IMG/VR virus record: IMGVR_UViG_3300044806_000037
Coordinates: 1 to 56,974 of that record
Length of the DNA stretch: 56,974 nucleotides
DNA from: a virus
Taxonomy: Duplodnaviria > Caudoviricetes
Reading direction: 5' to 3' (one strand)
Of this stretch, positions 25,683-35,800 are shown in pieces (positions within the stretch are counted from its first letter, which is position 1; every line of letters starts with the position of its first letter). The position numbers were made by a program, and so were the translations under genes. The notes under the pieces were generated by a model. That model was given only the letters and a program-made list of their open reading frames with translations, was not told where the DNA came from and ran no database searches.

Positions 25683-26504
25683 CTATAATGCTTCGTATAC
25701 GCCAGCAATGCGCAGGATACATCCGGTCGCGTAAGTTGCTGGTGCTGTTGAAGAAAACTGACCTAACTGGCCAACCGCGCTAGACTGAGTTAACGGCCTA
25801 AAAAATGATCCAGTAATCCATGTGTTTTGAAGCACATAAATATTTGACATCCTCAGAAGGCCCGTGCCGGCTGGCATGTCAGGCTCAGCTGTAGTAGTGT
25901 TTGGTGGCACTGGCGGAGTGATAGTCATGCTTGAAGGCGCTGAAGCTCCACCAGTTATTTTAATTTCATAGTAAATGTTTTTACCATCTTGACGGTATCT
26001 CGCATAGTTCACTGTAGAGCCAGTCCAACCAGCAACAGTTGGGGTCCAAGCCTTCCATTCACCAATCCATTCAGATCCAGTCCAATAGCAAAACTGGGCA
26101 ATGTCATTAACGTAACAAGTATCACCTTGATAAAGGTCTTCGCCTAGGACGGCGTTACGCTCAGAAAGGCTGCCGAAAATAAACTGCTTAGATAATGGCA
26201 TCCATTTTCCAGTATCGCCATCTTTGTTCCACATGAACTGGCGCTTGTTTGTATTAATAAAAGATAGATCGCCTTCTTCAAGATTTGGTTTCCCAGAGGT
26301 TTCACTCTTGGGCTCGCCAGTCACTTCATCGTAGTCATCTGTATCTCTTAGGGTGACATTTTCATACTTTAAGTGCTTCACCTGGAAACGGTCTGTAATT
26401 GCCTTGTCCGCGCTACTTGCAAGCGCCGCAAAATGGGCATGCAAAGGGACAAGAACTGAGTCTGCGTCTGGTGAAACTATCCCAAGCGGTTCTGTTTGTG
26501 CCAT
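25683..26504 (-). CDS. minor tail / fibre protein
   Basis: WKAWTPTV..YARYRQDGK..ITPPV motif; N-terminus shared with the 24987 gene. Confidence 0.65.
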   Translation of the reverse strand: MAQTEPLGIVSPDADSVLVPLHAHFAALASSADKAITDRFQVKHLKYENVTLRDTDDYDEVTGEPKSETSGKPNLEEGDLSFINTNKRQFMWNKDGDTGKWMPLSKQFIFGSLSERNAVLGEDLYQGDTCYVNDIAQFCYWTGSEWIGEWKAWTPTVAGWTGSTVNYARYRQDGKNIYYEIKITGGASAPSSMTITPPVPPNTTTAEPDMPAGTGLLRMSNIYVLQNTWITGSFFRPLTQSSAVGQLGQFSSTAPATYATGCILRIAGVYEAL

Positions 26505-26525
26505 TTTTTTTTTCCTTTTCTACTA

Positions 26526-27323
26526 TTAACTAATAGTATACGTTACTGTGAGATATGGTTTAGAAGAGTATGCTGCGCCATAAAAATATGAATATTGTGA
26601 TATAGAGTTTGGGGCTGAAACACCAAGCGAGAAACCTTTTACAGTCCCAGCTTGCAAGCCTGAGATCACTCCAGAAGACAGTGCAATCGTCTTTCCCTGG
26701 CCGTAGGAGAAGCTTGAAGTAAAAGCGTTTGTAGAGGCTGTAGGCTTTGTTTTAGACTGGTAAGCGTGTGTCGCAAGGTAAGCCGTTCCACCAGATGAGT
26801 AGTAAAAGTGTTTATTCTTTAAGTAAAGAGTTGCAGATTCAATTGTAACCCCAGGTGCCGTCAATTGTGCCAAATCCGCACTAGAGAACCAGAAAGAACC
26901 AACAGTTTTTGGCGAATCACGCCCATCCTGATAAAGCATGTTAGCATCAGTATATTCACCGTTGCCAGTAATAAGCCCATAATTGTTCCAAGTAGCAGAA
27001 CCTGAGGCATTAATCTTTACAGTCTTAGTTACAGGCTCAGCCAAAGGCTCAGGAACAATCTCCCCAATGCTTGTAATCTTGTCCATCTCAACTTTAAAAG
27101 CTGCATAATCCGCAGACTCTTGCACCTTTTCAATAATATATTTCAACTGGTAAGTTAGAGTTGCCATGTTCTGCTGGTAACGCAAGTCATTAGCCGCAAT
27201 GCGATCCATCTGCGCCTTAATGACAGGAATAGCACCTTCACCTAGTTCAGCGATCTGGGTGTCAACCCAGCGAGACCACTGTTGCATCTGCGCTGGCGCG
27301 TTAGATAAAGGTCTAGTTTCCAT
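26526..27323 (-). CDS. minor tail protein
   Basis: IESATLYL...KPYLTVTY beta-sandwich pattern; position in the tail module. Confidence 0.6.
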   Translation of the reverse strand: METRPLSNAPAQMQQWSRWVDTQIAELGEGAIPVIKAQMDRIAANDLRYQQNMATLTYQLKYIIEKVQESADYAAFKVEMDKITSIGEIVPEPLAEPVTKTVKINASGSATWNNYGLITGNGEYTDANMLYQDGRDSPKTVGSFWFSSADLAQLTAPGVTIESATLYLKNKHFYYSSGGTAYLATHAYQSKTKPTASTNAFTSSFSYGQGKTIALSSGVISGLQAGTVKGFSLGVSAPNSISQYSYFYGAAYSSKPYLTVTYTIS

Positions 27324-28977
27324 ATTTATACAGCGTATCTCCAAGTGGGTTGATAGTCATTTCATTAAATGTCATATCAGTATAGTATTGTTCAAGTTCT
27401 TCAAAAGTTCTAGCGGGATAGTCGTCGTTGAACTGGCTGAAAACTTGCCCACTATATTGCGTATTAAAAGTTGTAAAAGTATCTGTTGGCTCAAATCCAG
27501 ATGTTTCAGTAAATGTATTAAAGCTTACAGAATATATACTAATTATATCATCGAAACGTGTGTCAACCCTTGCATTTATTGACACAGAGCCACCATTAAT
27601 CGTTGCGGTCTTAACCCTATAATAGCCGTTGTCATAAAAGAATCGTGCACCAGGAAGGTCGGTAAACTCATTCGCTAACTGAGTGAAAGGTAACGTTAGG
27701 CTCAAATCAACTGTTGGTCCGGTAGCGTAAGCCGCGGCTTGAAGTAAATGAAAACTCGCGTCGCTGATGAATGGGTTATCGATTGTTGCTTTGCTATCTT
27801 TTGCAATGAAAGTTCTGTCAGCACCTGTGTCAACTTTTCGGAAAGTCTTAGTAACTTTAACACCCTCACCGCAAATATAAAGCGCTGGGCGAGGTTCAGT
27901 GTCATATTCAGCAATACGGAAAGGTTCAGTGTAAGCAGAGTTCTTTTGGTTAGGCGCTTGAATTATAAGTTCCAACTGCATAGGGTTATCTTCAGAAACT
28001 TTTACAGTAATCTTACCGCCGTTATTATTCCACCAATCTGGTGATACCGGAATGTTAAGATTATCAATAACAACGTAAGGAGACTTTCCGATACCGCCCT
28101 CGAAAGGGATTGGTTGAATTGCTTGAACGCACACTGGTTTAATGATCTTGTCGGTCGTGGTGGAGTTTTTGATATCGACAAGTTCTTTAATTCTTTCACC
28201 CATGTTAACCTGATAGCTTGTGTTAGCTGCAAAGATAACTGTGTCATCCTCCCAGGAGCAGTCGTAGTCATAAAGTTCTACTGTGCGCGAAGTTCCCAAT
28301 GCTGTAACTGTTCGCGAAATGCCAGAAGCTTCATCAACAAAGATTTCAGTCATGCCGATAGGTTTTAGTATTACGTTACCTTCGGGCCCTACGAGAATGT
28401 CAGCTTTGTTTGCGACACAAAACATTTTCATATATTCCCAAAGGTTGCCTTTCCAGCCGGGGTATGCAATAGGTGTGTTAAAGTGGTCGTCTACGTCATC
28501 AGGGTTAACTATGATCTCAGCCAAGCTGCAATAATAGATGAAAGCAGTCTTAATGGTTGCCCCATCACCAAAGTGTGGCTGTGCCGCTTTTTCGGCGTTC
28601 ATACGAAAAAGCACACCATCCACAGATATGGAAAGGTTTGAGCCGGACATGTTTATTGAGCTAACGTTGCCATGGTAGGTTCCGCGACCCTTAGTTAAAC
28701 CCTGATAGTCCGAGGGCAACTCTCCGTCAAAAATTCCAAAGTCAGATAAGTAAACTTCACGACCAAGCAGTGCCGTTGAGCGACGGCTTGCTGTAAGGTT
28801 TACGCGGTTGCCGTCTTGGTCATATTTAGTGAAGGTCCCAGGTGCGCTAATGTCAAGTGTGCCAGTAGAACCAGAGGAGTCGGTGGCATCTGTTGGGATT
28901 GATTCAAGATTTAAAGTGTAATTCTGAATGTCACCAATCTCAGCCTTACCAGACTTAGCGACAAGTTTTACAGCCAT
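27313..28977 (-). CDS. minor tail (hub/Tal-like) protein
   Basis: Second gene after the tape measure gene; 554 aa. Confidence 0.6.
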   Translation of the reverse strand: MAVKLVAKSGKAEIGDIQNYTLNLESIPTDATDSSGSTGTLDISAPGTFTKYDQDGNRVNLTASRRSTALLGREVYLSDFGIFDGELPSDYQGLTKGRGTYHGNVSSINMSGSNLSISVDGVLFRMNAEKAAQPHFGDGATIKTAFIYYCSLAEIIVNPDDVDDHFNTPIAYPGWKGNLWEYMKMFCVANKADILVGPEGNVILKPIGMTEIFVDEASGISRTVTALGTSRTVELYDYDCSWEDDTVIFAANTSYQVNMGERIKELVDIKNSTTTDKIIKPVCVQAIQPIPFEGGIGKSPYVVIDNLNIPVSPDWWNNNGGKITVKVSEDNPMQLELIIQAPNQKNSAYTEPFRIAEYDTEPRPALYICGEGVKVTKTFRKVDTGADRTFIAKDSKATIDNPFISDASFHLLQAAAYATGPTVDLSLTLPFTQLANEFTDLPGARFFYDNGYYRVKTATINGGSVSINARVDTRFDDIISIYSVSFNTFTETSGFEPTDTFTTFNTQYSGQVFSQFNDDYPARTFEELEQYYTDMTFNEMTINPLGDTLYKYGN

Positions 28978-29870
28978 GCGCCTATCTCCTTAAGGTTCAC
29001 AGACATGTTGATAAGCCTGCGACCATCAATGATTCCGTTATATGTCATTGTCGGAGCTGTTGACATTACACAACCACTGAAACCTTCACCAGAAGTCCAA
29101 GGGTCAGAGGTAACAATTGGGGGGTGACCGTGGTTACCTGAAGCCGCAATTTTAGCCATGCCACCACGGATAGTAATAGTAGAACTTGTGTTGTCTGTTC
29201 TTGAAATGTAAACTCGAATCGCACGAACCCTGTTAGGGTTTCCTGTTTCGTTTGAGAACGTGTTGCTGTAACGGTTAACTCCGTTAGCCAGCAGTTCGGT
29301 CAAAACAATTGTGCTACCATCAGTTCCATCAGGCAAAACTTGAACTGCACGAATAGCGGCCGTTCCAGTTTTCTCGTAAACAAACCCAATGGTCAAAGTG
29401 TGCTCTTCCGGAATGAGTAGAGTTAGGGATCGTGAAGTTTCTGTAGTGTTTGTTACAGCATATTTTGCACTCTGGTAAGGGTAGCTGTTAGGGTTAGTGC
29501 TGTGAGTCACAGGTTCTGGCTTGTTACCTGAAGAGATCAGGCTAGGCCAGTCACGCACAGTAAGCATGGGGGCAGCCCAGTGCGGGGGTAGTATGTTATC
29601 GGCAAAGGGGTCTTCCCAATAGATTAACCCACCGCCATAGATTCCATCTTTGAAATCTTTAACAACTTGTAGGTCGGCGCGGTCCCCAACCCAAGACATG
29701 TCAAAGTTTCGTGCCGAACCGAAAGAAGCTTTAACAAACTGGCCACCGTTATTAAACTGTTGTTCTTCAGCAAAACCATTAGCGGACGCGCCCATACCGG
29801 CTAGCGGGGCTTTAATCCATCGTGCGTTTCGGGCGTTGCCGAACCAAACTTTGCCATCATAAACAGCCAT
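28968..29870 (-). CDS. minor tail (distal tail-like) protein
   Basis: Directly follows the tape measure gene. Confidence 0.6.
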   Translation of the reverse strand: MAVYDGKVWFGNARNARWIKAPLAGMGASANGFAEEQQFNNGGQFVKASFGSARNFDMSWVGDRADLQVVKDFKDGIYGGGLIYWEDPFADNILPPHWAAPMLTVRDWPSLISSGNKPEPVTHSTNPNSYPYQSAKYAVTNTTETSRSLTLLIPEEHTLTIGFVYEKTGTAAIRAVQVLPDGTDGSTIVLTELLANGVNRYSNTFSNETGNPNRVRAIRVYISRTDNTSSTITIRGGMAKIAASGNHGHPPIVTSDPWTSGEGFSGCVMSTAPTMTYNGIIDGRRLINMSVNLKEIGAWL

Positions 29871-32800
29871 TAGTTGCTTCCTCTCATTGCTAGTAGCATG
29901 TTACCTCGGTTGGCAGAGCTAGCAATCTGTCGGTCGTCGCTGTAAAGGTTTACAGGTCGGTTTGCGATTGCCATGATCTGCATAACTGCACTAGACGATA
30001 ATTCTACCACAGTTGTTCCACCAATTGCGCCAGCTGTTCCGATCATACCACCAGATGCGTAACGTGGGATTTGCATGTTGTTGATGGCGTTCATGAAGTC
30101 TAGGCCATAGTATTGCACAGCTGGTTGTGACTGGATGAATTCACCCGAGCGAATACCGATGATTCCGCCTGGACCACTTGCAAGCAAGTTGTCAACGCTT
30201 GGGTTTTGCGGTGACTTTCCGGGGATTAGACCACCAGCTGCGTAACCCTTGACTACGCCGCCGCCGAATGCTCCTGGGTTAACAATTTCAGCGTAGATAG
30301 GCTTGTTTTTGCTAGTTCCTGGAGCGGCCTTAAGCGATTCTTCGTAACGCCTTCTATCATTGTTTCTTTCGTTACGCAAGGTTTCCATAACCCCACCGCC
30401 AACAGCTTTATCCTTAATGTCTTTGGTTCCCTTTTTAGAGTCCTTGTCAAACATTGGGTTGACTGTTTCGGTGTAAGGGTTAAACTCTCCAGGGTATAGG
30501 CGAGCGTGTTCTTCGCCCAAAGCTTTGCGAGTCTTCTTGTTCTTTAGCGCATCAGCAAGCTTTTTGTCAACTGCCCCGGCTGGGTTTACTTGACCGTTGT
30601 AAGGGTTGTATTCTCCAGGGTGTATAGCGGCGTGAATTTGAGCCTGAGTCTTTAGTGTGACTATTCCCTTGTCGCTAACAATCTTGTTGGACTTTGGCCA
30701 AGGGTTAACCTTTCGGTTGAATGGGTTGTATTCGCCAGGGTATTGCTTAGCGTGTTGAGCGGCCGATTCTTTTAGGGCACTTGAGCCAAGGCCTACACTA
30801 GCATAGTCAGCTTCAATTTTAGTTGACTGAGCATCATTTGTAACGTTTTGGTTATACTTTTTCCACTCGTCACCAGTCTTTAATGCAGACTCTAGCTTGA
30901 AACCACTTAAAATATCTCTTGCATTTTGATCAACATTCCCCTCAACCCTCGAAGGATATGGGGTCGTGCTCTCTTGTCCCTTAATTGGTGGGTTGAACGT
31001 GCCGTTAAATGGATTCCAAGCGCCAGGGCTTGCCTTAGCATGCTTTTTAGCAAGTGCCTCAAGATCTTCTTCAGACGCACCTGATTGAATTGCAGATCTA
31101 CGAGTCGAACCAAGCTCCCACTGGCGAAGCCTGCCCTCGTATTCTTTGTTATAAGCTTTTGCTTTGTCTGTGTTGACAGTAACAAATTCTCTATTGTATT
31201 TTTCAGACTCTGCGATATCTTCAGCGGTTCCGCGTCCATTGTTTACAGCGTTTCCATCAAAAGCAGTTCTAGCAGCCCAGGCTGCTGGGTTTAGTATGTT
31301 TCCAATGTTACCCCAAAGGTCAGAAAAGGCTGCTAAAACAAGGTCGCCTTGACCCGCTTCCTTTTCAGGCCTAGACATTTCATTGTCAGCACTCCATTGC
31401 GGGGTTGACGGCTTTTTCCAAGTTGGCTTTTCAGGCTTACCATCAGGCGCGGAGCCTGGCCCGCCAGAGTTAGACGAGTTTTTCTTGCTAGATCCACCAC
31501 CACTGTTTTGCTTAACCTGCCATTCCATGAATGCGCGAGTTGCAGGATCCGCATCAACGCGAAGAGTAAGTTCCTTTGGAAGCTTGTCAACAATTGTGCG
31601 GAAGTCCTTGAATGACTTAGCGTAAGGATCCATTTCCTCTGCGGAGAATCCTAGAGCTTGGCCTTGGGCAAGCATGTCAGCCTTAGCTTCTTTTGCTCGC
31701 TTCTTCAATTCCTTCTGAGACAAGTTGGTGTTAGCAAGTGATTCAAGATACTTGTTGTAATCCTGAACAAGCCCACGCATAACAGCACGGTTATCTGCGG
31801 CTGCTTTAGTATTACCTACAAGACTGGTGCTTGCACTGTCCTGAGCAGTTCCAAGTTCTTTATTCTTATCAGCAATCTCTTTGTCTTTAGCTTCAAGTTC
31901 TGCACGAAGCTTGTCGGCTCGCATGTTGTCGCCATACTTGAGGGCAATGTTAAGTTGGTATTCAAGGATGTTGCGGTCTGCACCCATAGCCTTGATTTCA
32001 TCTTGAATCTTTTCAATTGCTTTACGAGCGTCATCAACACGGTTCTTTACGTTTTCCCATGAAGCCGCTAGTGCATCTGTGGCTTCTTCCTTACCGTAGC
32101 GAATTGTGAAAGCGGCGCTAAGGATTGAAGACAGGTCGCCAACATAGTCAGTTAGCGTATAAACTCGTGCGATTGTGTTGTCTAGCTCGTTATTAAGGTC
32201 GCCAGCGCCATCATCAGCTACACCCATTGAAGCTCCAAGGGCCTTCATGATCTTAGAGTTTTCAACGCCGGACTTAGTTGTGCCATCTAGGGCATAAGCT
32301 ATATTTGAGAGGTCTTGATAAAGGTTTGGCGCTACAGCCCTTAGCTCAGCTGAGCTAGTAAACCAGCCTTCAAGGTATTCAGATGCGCCCTTACCTGGAT
32401 CTTGAAGGGCCATGCCAACCATGTCTTGAAGGCTAATGTTAGCCTGTTTAGCTAGCTTGTCAAGGTCTTGACCCATGTTGAAGTAGCGTTTAAACATCTC
32501 TTGAATCTGGTCGTCACCCATAGCGGCTTGGGCTAGCCATTCCATTGAGTTAGCACCAAGGGCAAGGGTTTGCTCGGTAATGCTGTCAGTTGTTTCAGTA
32601 ATAGCGTTTGTTAGTTTTGCGGATGAACCTGTGGTTGCCTCCATTGACTGCGCCCAAGTAGTTAGCTCAGTCTTAGAGGTTGTAACCTTGCTTTGAACAG
32701 TTCCAATGGCTTCGCCATTTTCTTTCCAAGCCGCGGTGTCCTTGTAGATTGCTTCGCGGAATGAGTCTAGTCCGCCACCGGCTTCCATTAGGTCGATCTG

Positions 32801-35800
32801 GAAAGACTTGTAAATTTCGCTTGCTGTGGCAATTAGAGTAAGAATTAGACCAATAGCCCCAGCTGCTTTAGTAGCGAATCCAACAGCTTTACCAAACCTG
32901 GTGGTGGCAACGCTACCCTTGTCAGCTTCTGTAGCAACGCTGTCAAGGCCAGCACCCATCTCGTCAAGCGAGGCTGTGCTCTGTTCAACGCCAGCAGTAA
33001 CTTCGGCTGGCACGATATCTTCTGGCTTAATTGTTGGGGTGTTCAGAGAAGAAAGATTTTCATCTAAGCCTTTCTCTAGGCTGTCAAGCCTGTTAAGTTC
33101 ACGAGTGCTAGCAGCGGATTGAGCCGCAGCCGCTTCAGCAGCGGCGGCATCGCCCTGAGCCAATGCATAAATGCGTAGCTTCTCTGAAGACTCAAGAGAA
33201 GCCTGAGAAAGCTCTCGCCTAATTTGAATAAGCTGCTTGTTAACAAGAATCTGCTCTTGCACTTGCGCCACCGTTGGGCCTTGGCTTGCAAGGTTTGGCA
33301 AAACAGCTCCAGGGGTTTCGCTTAGCGGTCCAAGCGTAAGCCCATTCTTAGCAGCAATTTCTGCATCCATAGATCCAGGAGTTGCGGCTTTACGCACATC
33401 AACTCCGGCCTTCAAAGCTCGATCTACAGGGCTTCCCTCAGGAACAATTTTGCCAAGTTCTTTCATCTCTTCAAGGCGGTCTTTAGTGATTGAGCGTAGT
33501 CTACCGTTTGAGTCGATAATCATTCGCTCTTGACCTGTTAGCACATCTAATAGTCCCTTGACGCCGGTGTTCTCTCCACCCATCTTGCCAAGCTGAACCA
33601 TAGCAGTTTTCATAGCTAGAGTTGCTGCTGTAGCCTTGTAGGTTACAACCTGGTAGGCAACAAATCCTGCTACTAAAGCGGTTAAACCTGCCGCAATGCC
33701 AGTGATAACTTTACCAATTGGGCTTGCAGTAAGTTTATTAATAAACTCCATAGCCCCACTCATTATATCCAGTAGCATCTTTAAGCCAGGAGCAAAAGCT
33801 TCACCGAAGTTATCCTGAAGGATCTTCAACTGGTTGTTTAGAATTTCAAGCTTGGCACCAACATTGTCTTGAGTCTTAGCGTAAGCTTCACCTAAGAATG
33901 TTCCGTTGGCGTAAGACTCTTGAGCATCAGACATGGACTGGTTGTAAACGTCCATGTTCTTAGCCAAACGCTGAAGCGTGTTAACTTCACGAGTCTCAAC
34001 AATGTTTAGCTTGTCAAGTGCTGTTGTCATGCTTCCAGCTTTAGACAAGTTCTCAAGCATGCGCTGGAAGAAAGCTTGTGGGTCAGTTTCCCAAAGTGAC
34101 TTGGTTTCCTTAGCAGTTAGGCCAAGGTGCTTAGAGTAAGCTGTAAGTTCTTTACCACCGTTTTGCATTCCACGCTCAATGTCGCCAAAGAGTCGCACAA
34201 TAACACCGCGAGCCTGTTCAGGGGCAATACCTAGCGAGGAGATCGCGGTAGCTAGACCGATAGTTTCGTCAGCACCAAAGCCAGCAAGGTTTGTTGCAGC
34301 CGCAATAGACTCTGTAAGAGTAATAATTTCTTGGTCGGTTGCTACAGCATTAATACCAGCGAAAGCTACAGCTGAAGCAAGCTTGTTGAAGTCATCCGCT
34401 GGGATATCGGCTAGCTGGCTAATTCGACCAAACTTTTCAGCAACAGTGTCAGCGGACATTCCGGTAATGGATGAATACTTTACGACCTGTTCGGTGAAGT
34501 TGTTGATACCATCGGCGTTAATACCCATCTGCCCACCAAGGGTTGCAATCTTTGCAAGCTGGTCAAACGCTACAGGTAGCTCTTGTGTCATTAGCACAAG
34601 GCGTTGACGCATGCCATCGAGTTCGTCTGGTAGTGGCTGCATTACGCGTTCTACAGCTGTGAAGGATGTTTCGTATGAAGCGTTGACCATAACAGCTTGA
34701 CGGATGTATGAGGTTAGAACGTTTAGCTTCTTGCCCATGTCTTCGTAAGTGCTGGCAACGTCGTATAGTGAGTAGCGGGTTGAGATCCAGCTGTCAACCA
34801 TTTTGCGGTTAGCGTCAGCAACAACCTTTTCGTGTGCCTGAACAGCTTTGTTCATTCCCTTAAGGTCATTGGCGTGGCGTTTAGCTCTTAGCTCACTTTG
34901 CTCAATCTCCTGGTCAATCCAAGCCTGGTGCTGGTTTCCAGTGATCTTTCCATCCATGAGATCCTGATACTCAGGAGTTGGACTGTCAGGGCCACCAGGA
35001 ATGTCGTCTGGTGGGCGAGGGCCAGGAGGCCTACCTCCACCACCATTGCCTCCACCTGGAGGGCGAGGGCCCCGAGGCGTAGGTGTGCGCTCACCGGTCT
35101 CAACTTTAATTTCGTTGATCTTACGGTTTACACGGTCGATAGCTTTCTGGATTGCGTCAGCAAGTTCACGAGAAGCCTTACCTAGTGTTGCTGTGAAACG
35201 CTCTGGAACCTTACCCCAACGCGAAGCAATCTGACGTTCAACCTCAGCAAAAAGCTCTGGGTTCTTTTTAGCCTCATCAACGATAGCATTATTCTTTGCA
35301 AGTCTAGCTTTATCCTTGTCCTGAATTACGCGGTTGTTGATTGGCGAGTTAGTAAGATTGTCGAAACCGATTCCGCGGTTTTCCGACATTGCTTCAATAA
35401 CTTTTTCAGCTTCATAAAGTTGCTTTAGTCGTTCACGCTCAAGCTTGATACGCTGCTTTTCAACTTCACGTTGTTCTTCAAGTTTGGCAAGTTCTTCTTC
35501 AAGGATGCGCATTCTTTCCGCATCGTTCATCGCTGAATCTACATCAACAGTTTCATCGTCAAACAGTGTTGGCTGAGCTGGGATTGGTTGAGCCGATGGG
35601 GCGCGTCTTGGAACACTTGGCACAGAAGGTTGCAGTTCCCCAGTGTGCACAGCTGACTGGCGGTTGTAGCTGTCGAGAACCTTAGGGTCTCTGTAATCCT
35701 TCTTTGGGTCACCCTTGCCGGCACCGAAGCGGCGGAATCCGCCAATAGCATCCGAAACAGTTGTCCAAGAAGCTTTAACGAAATCGGTTACAGCTTTTGT

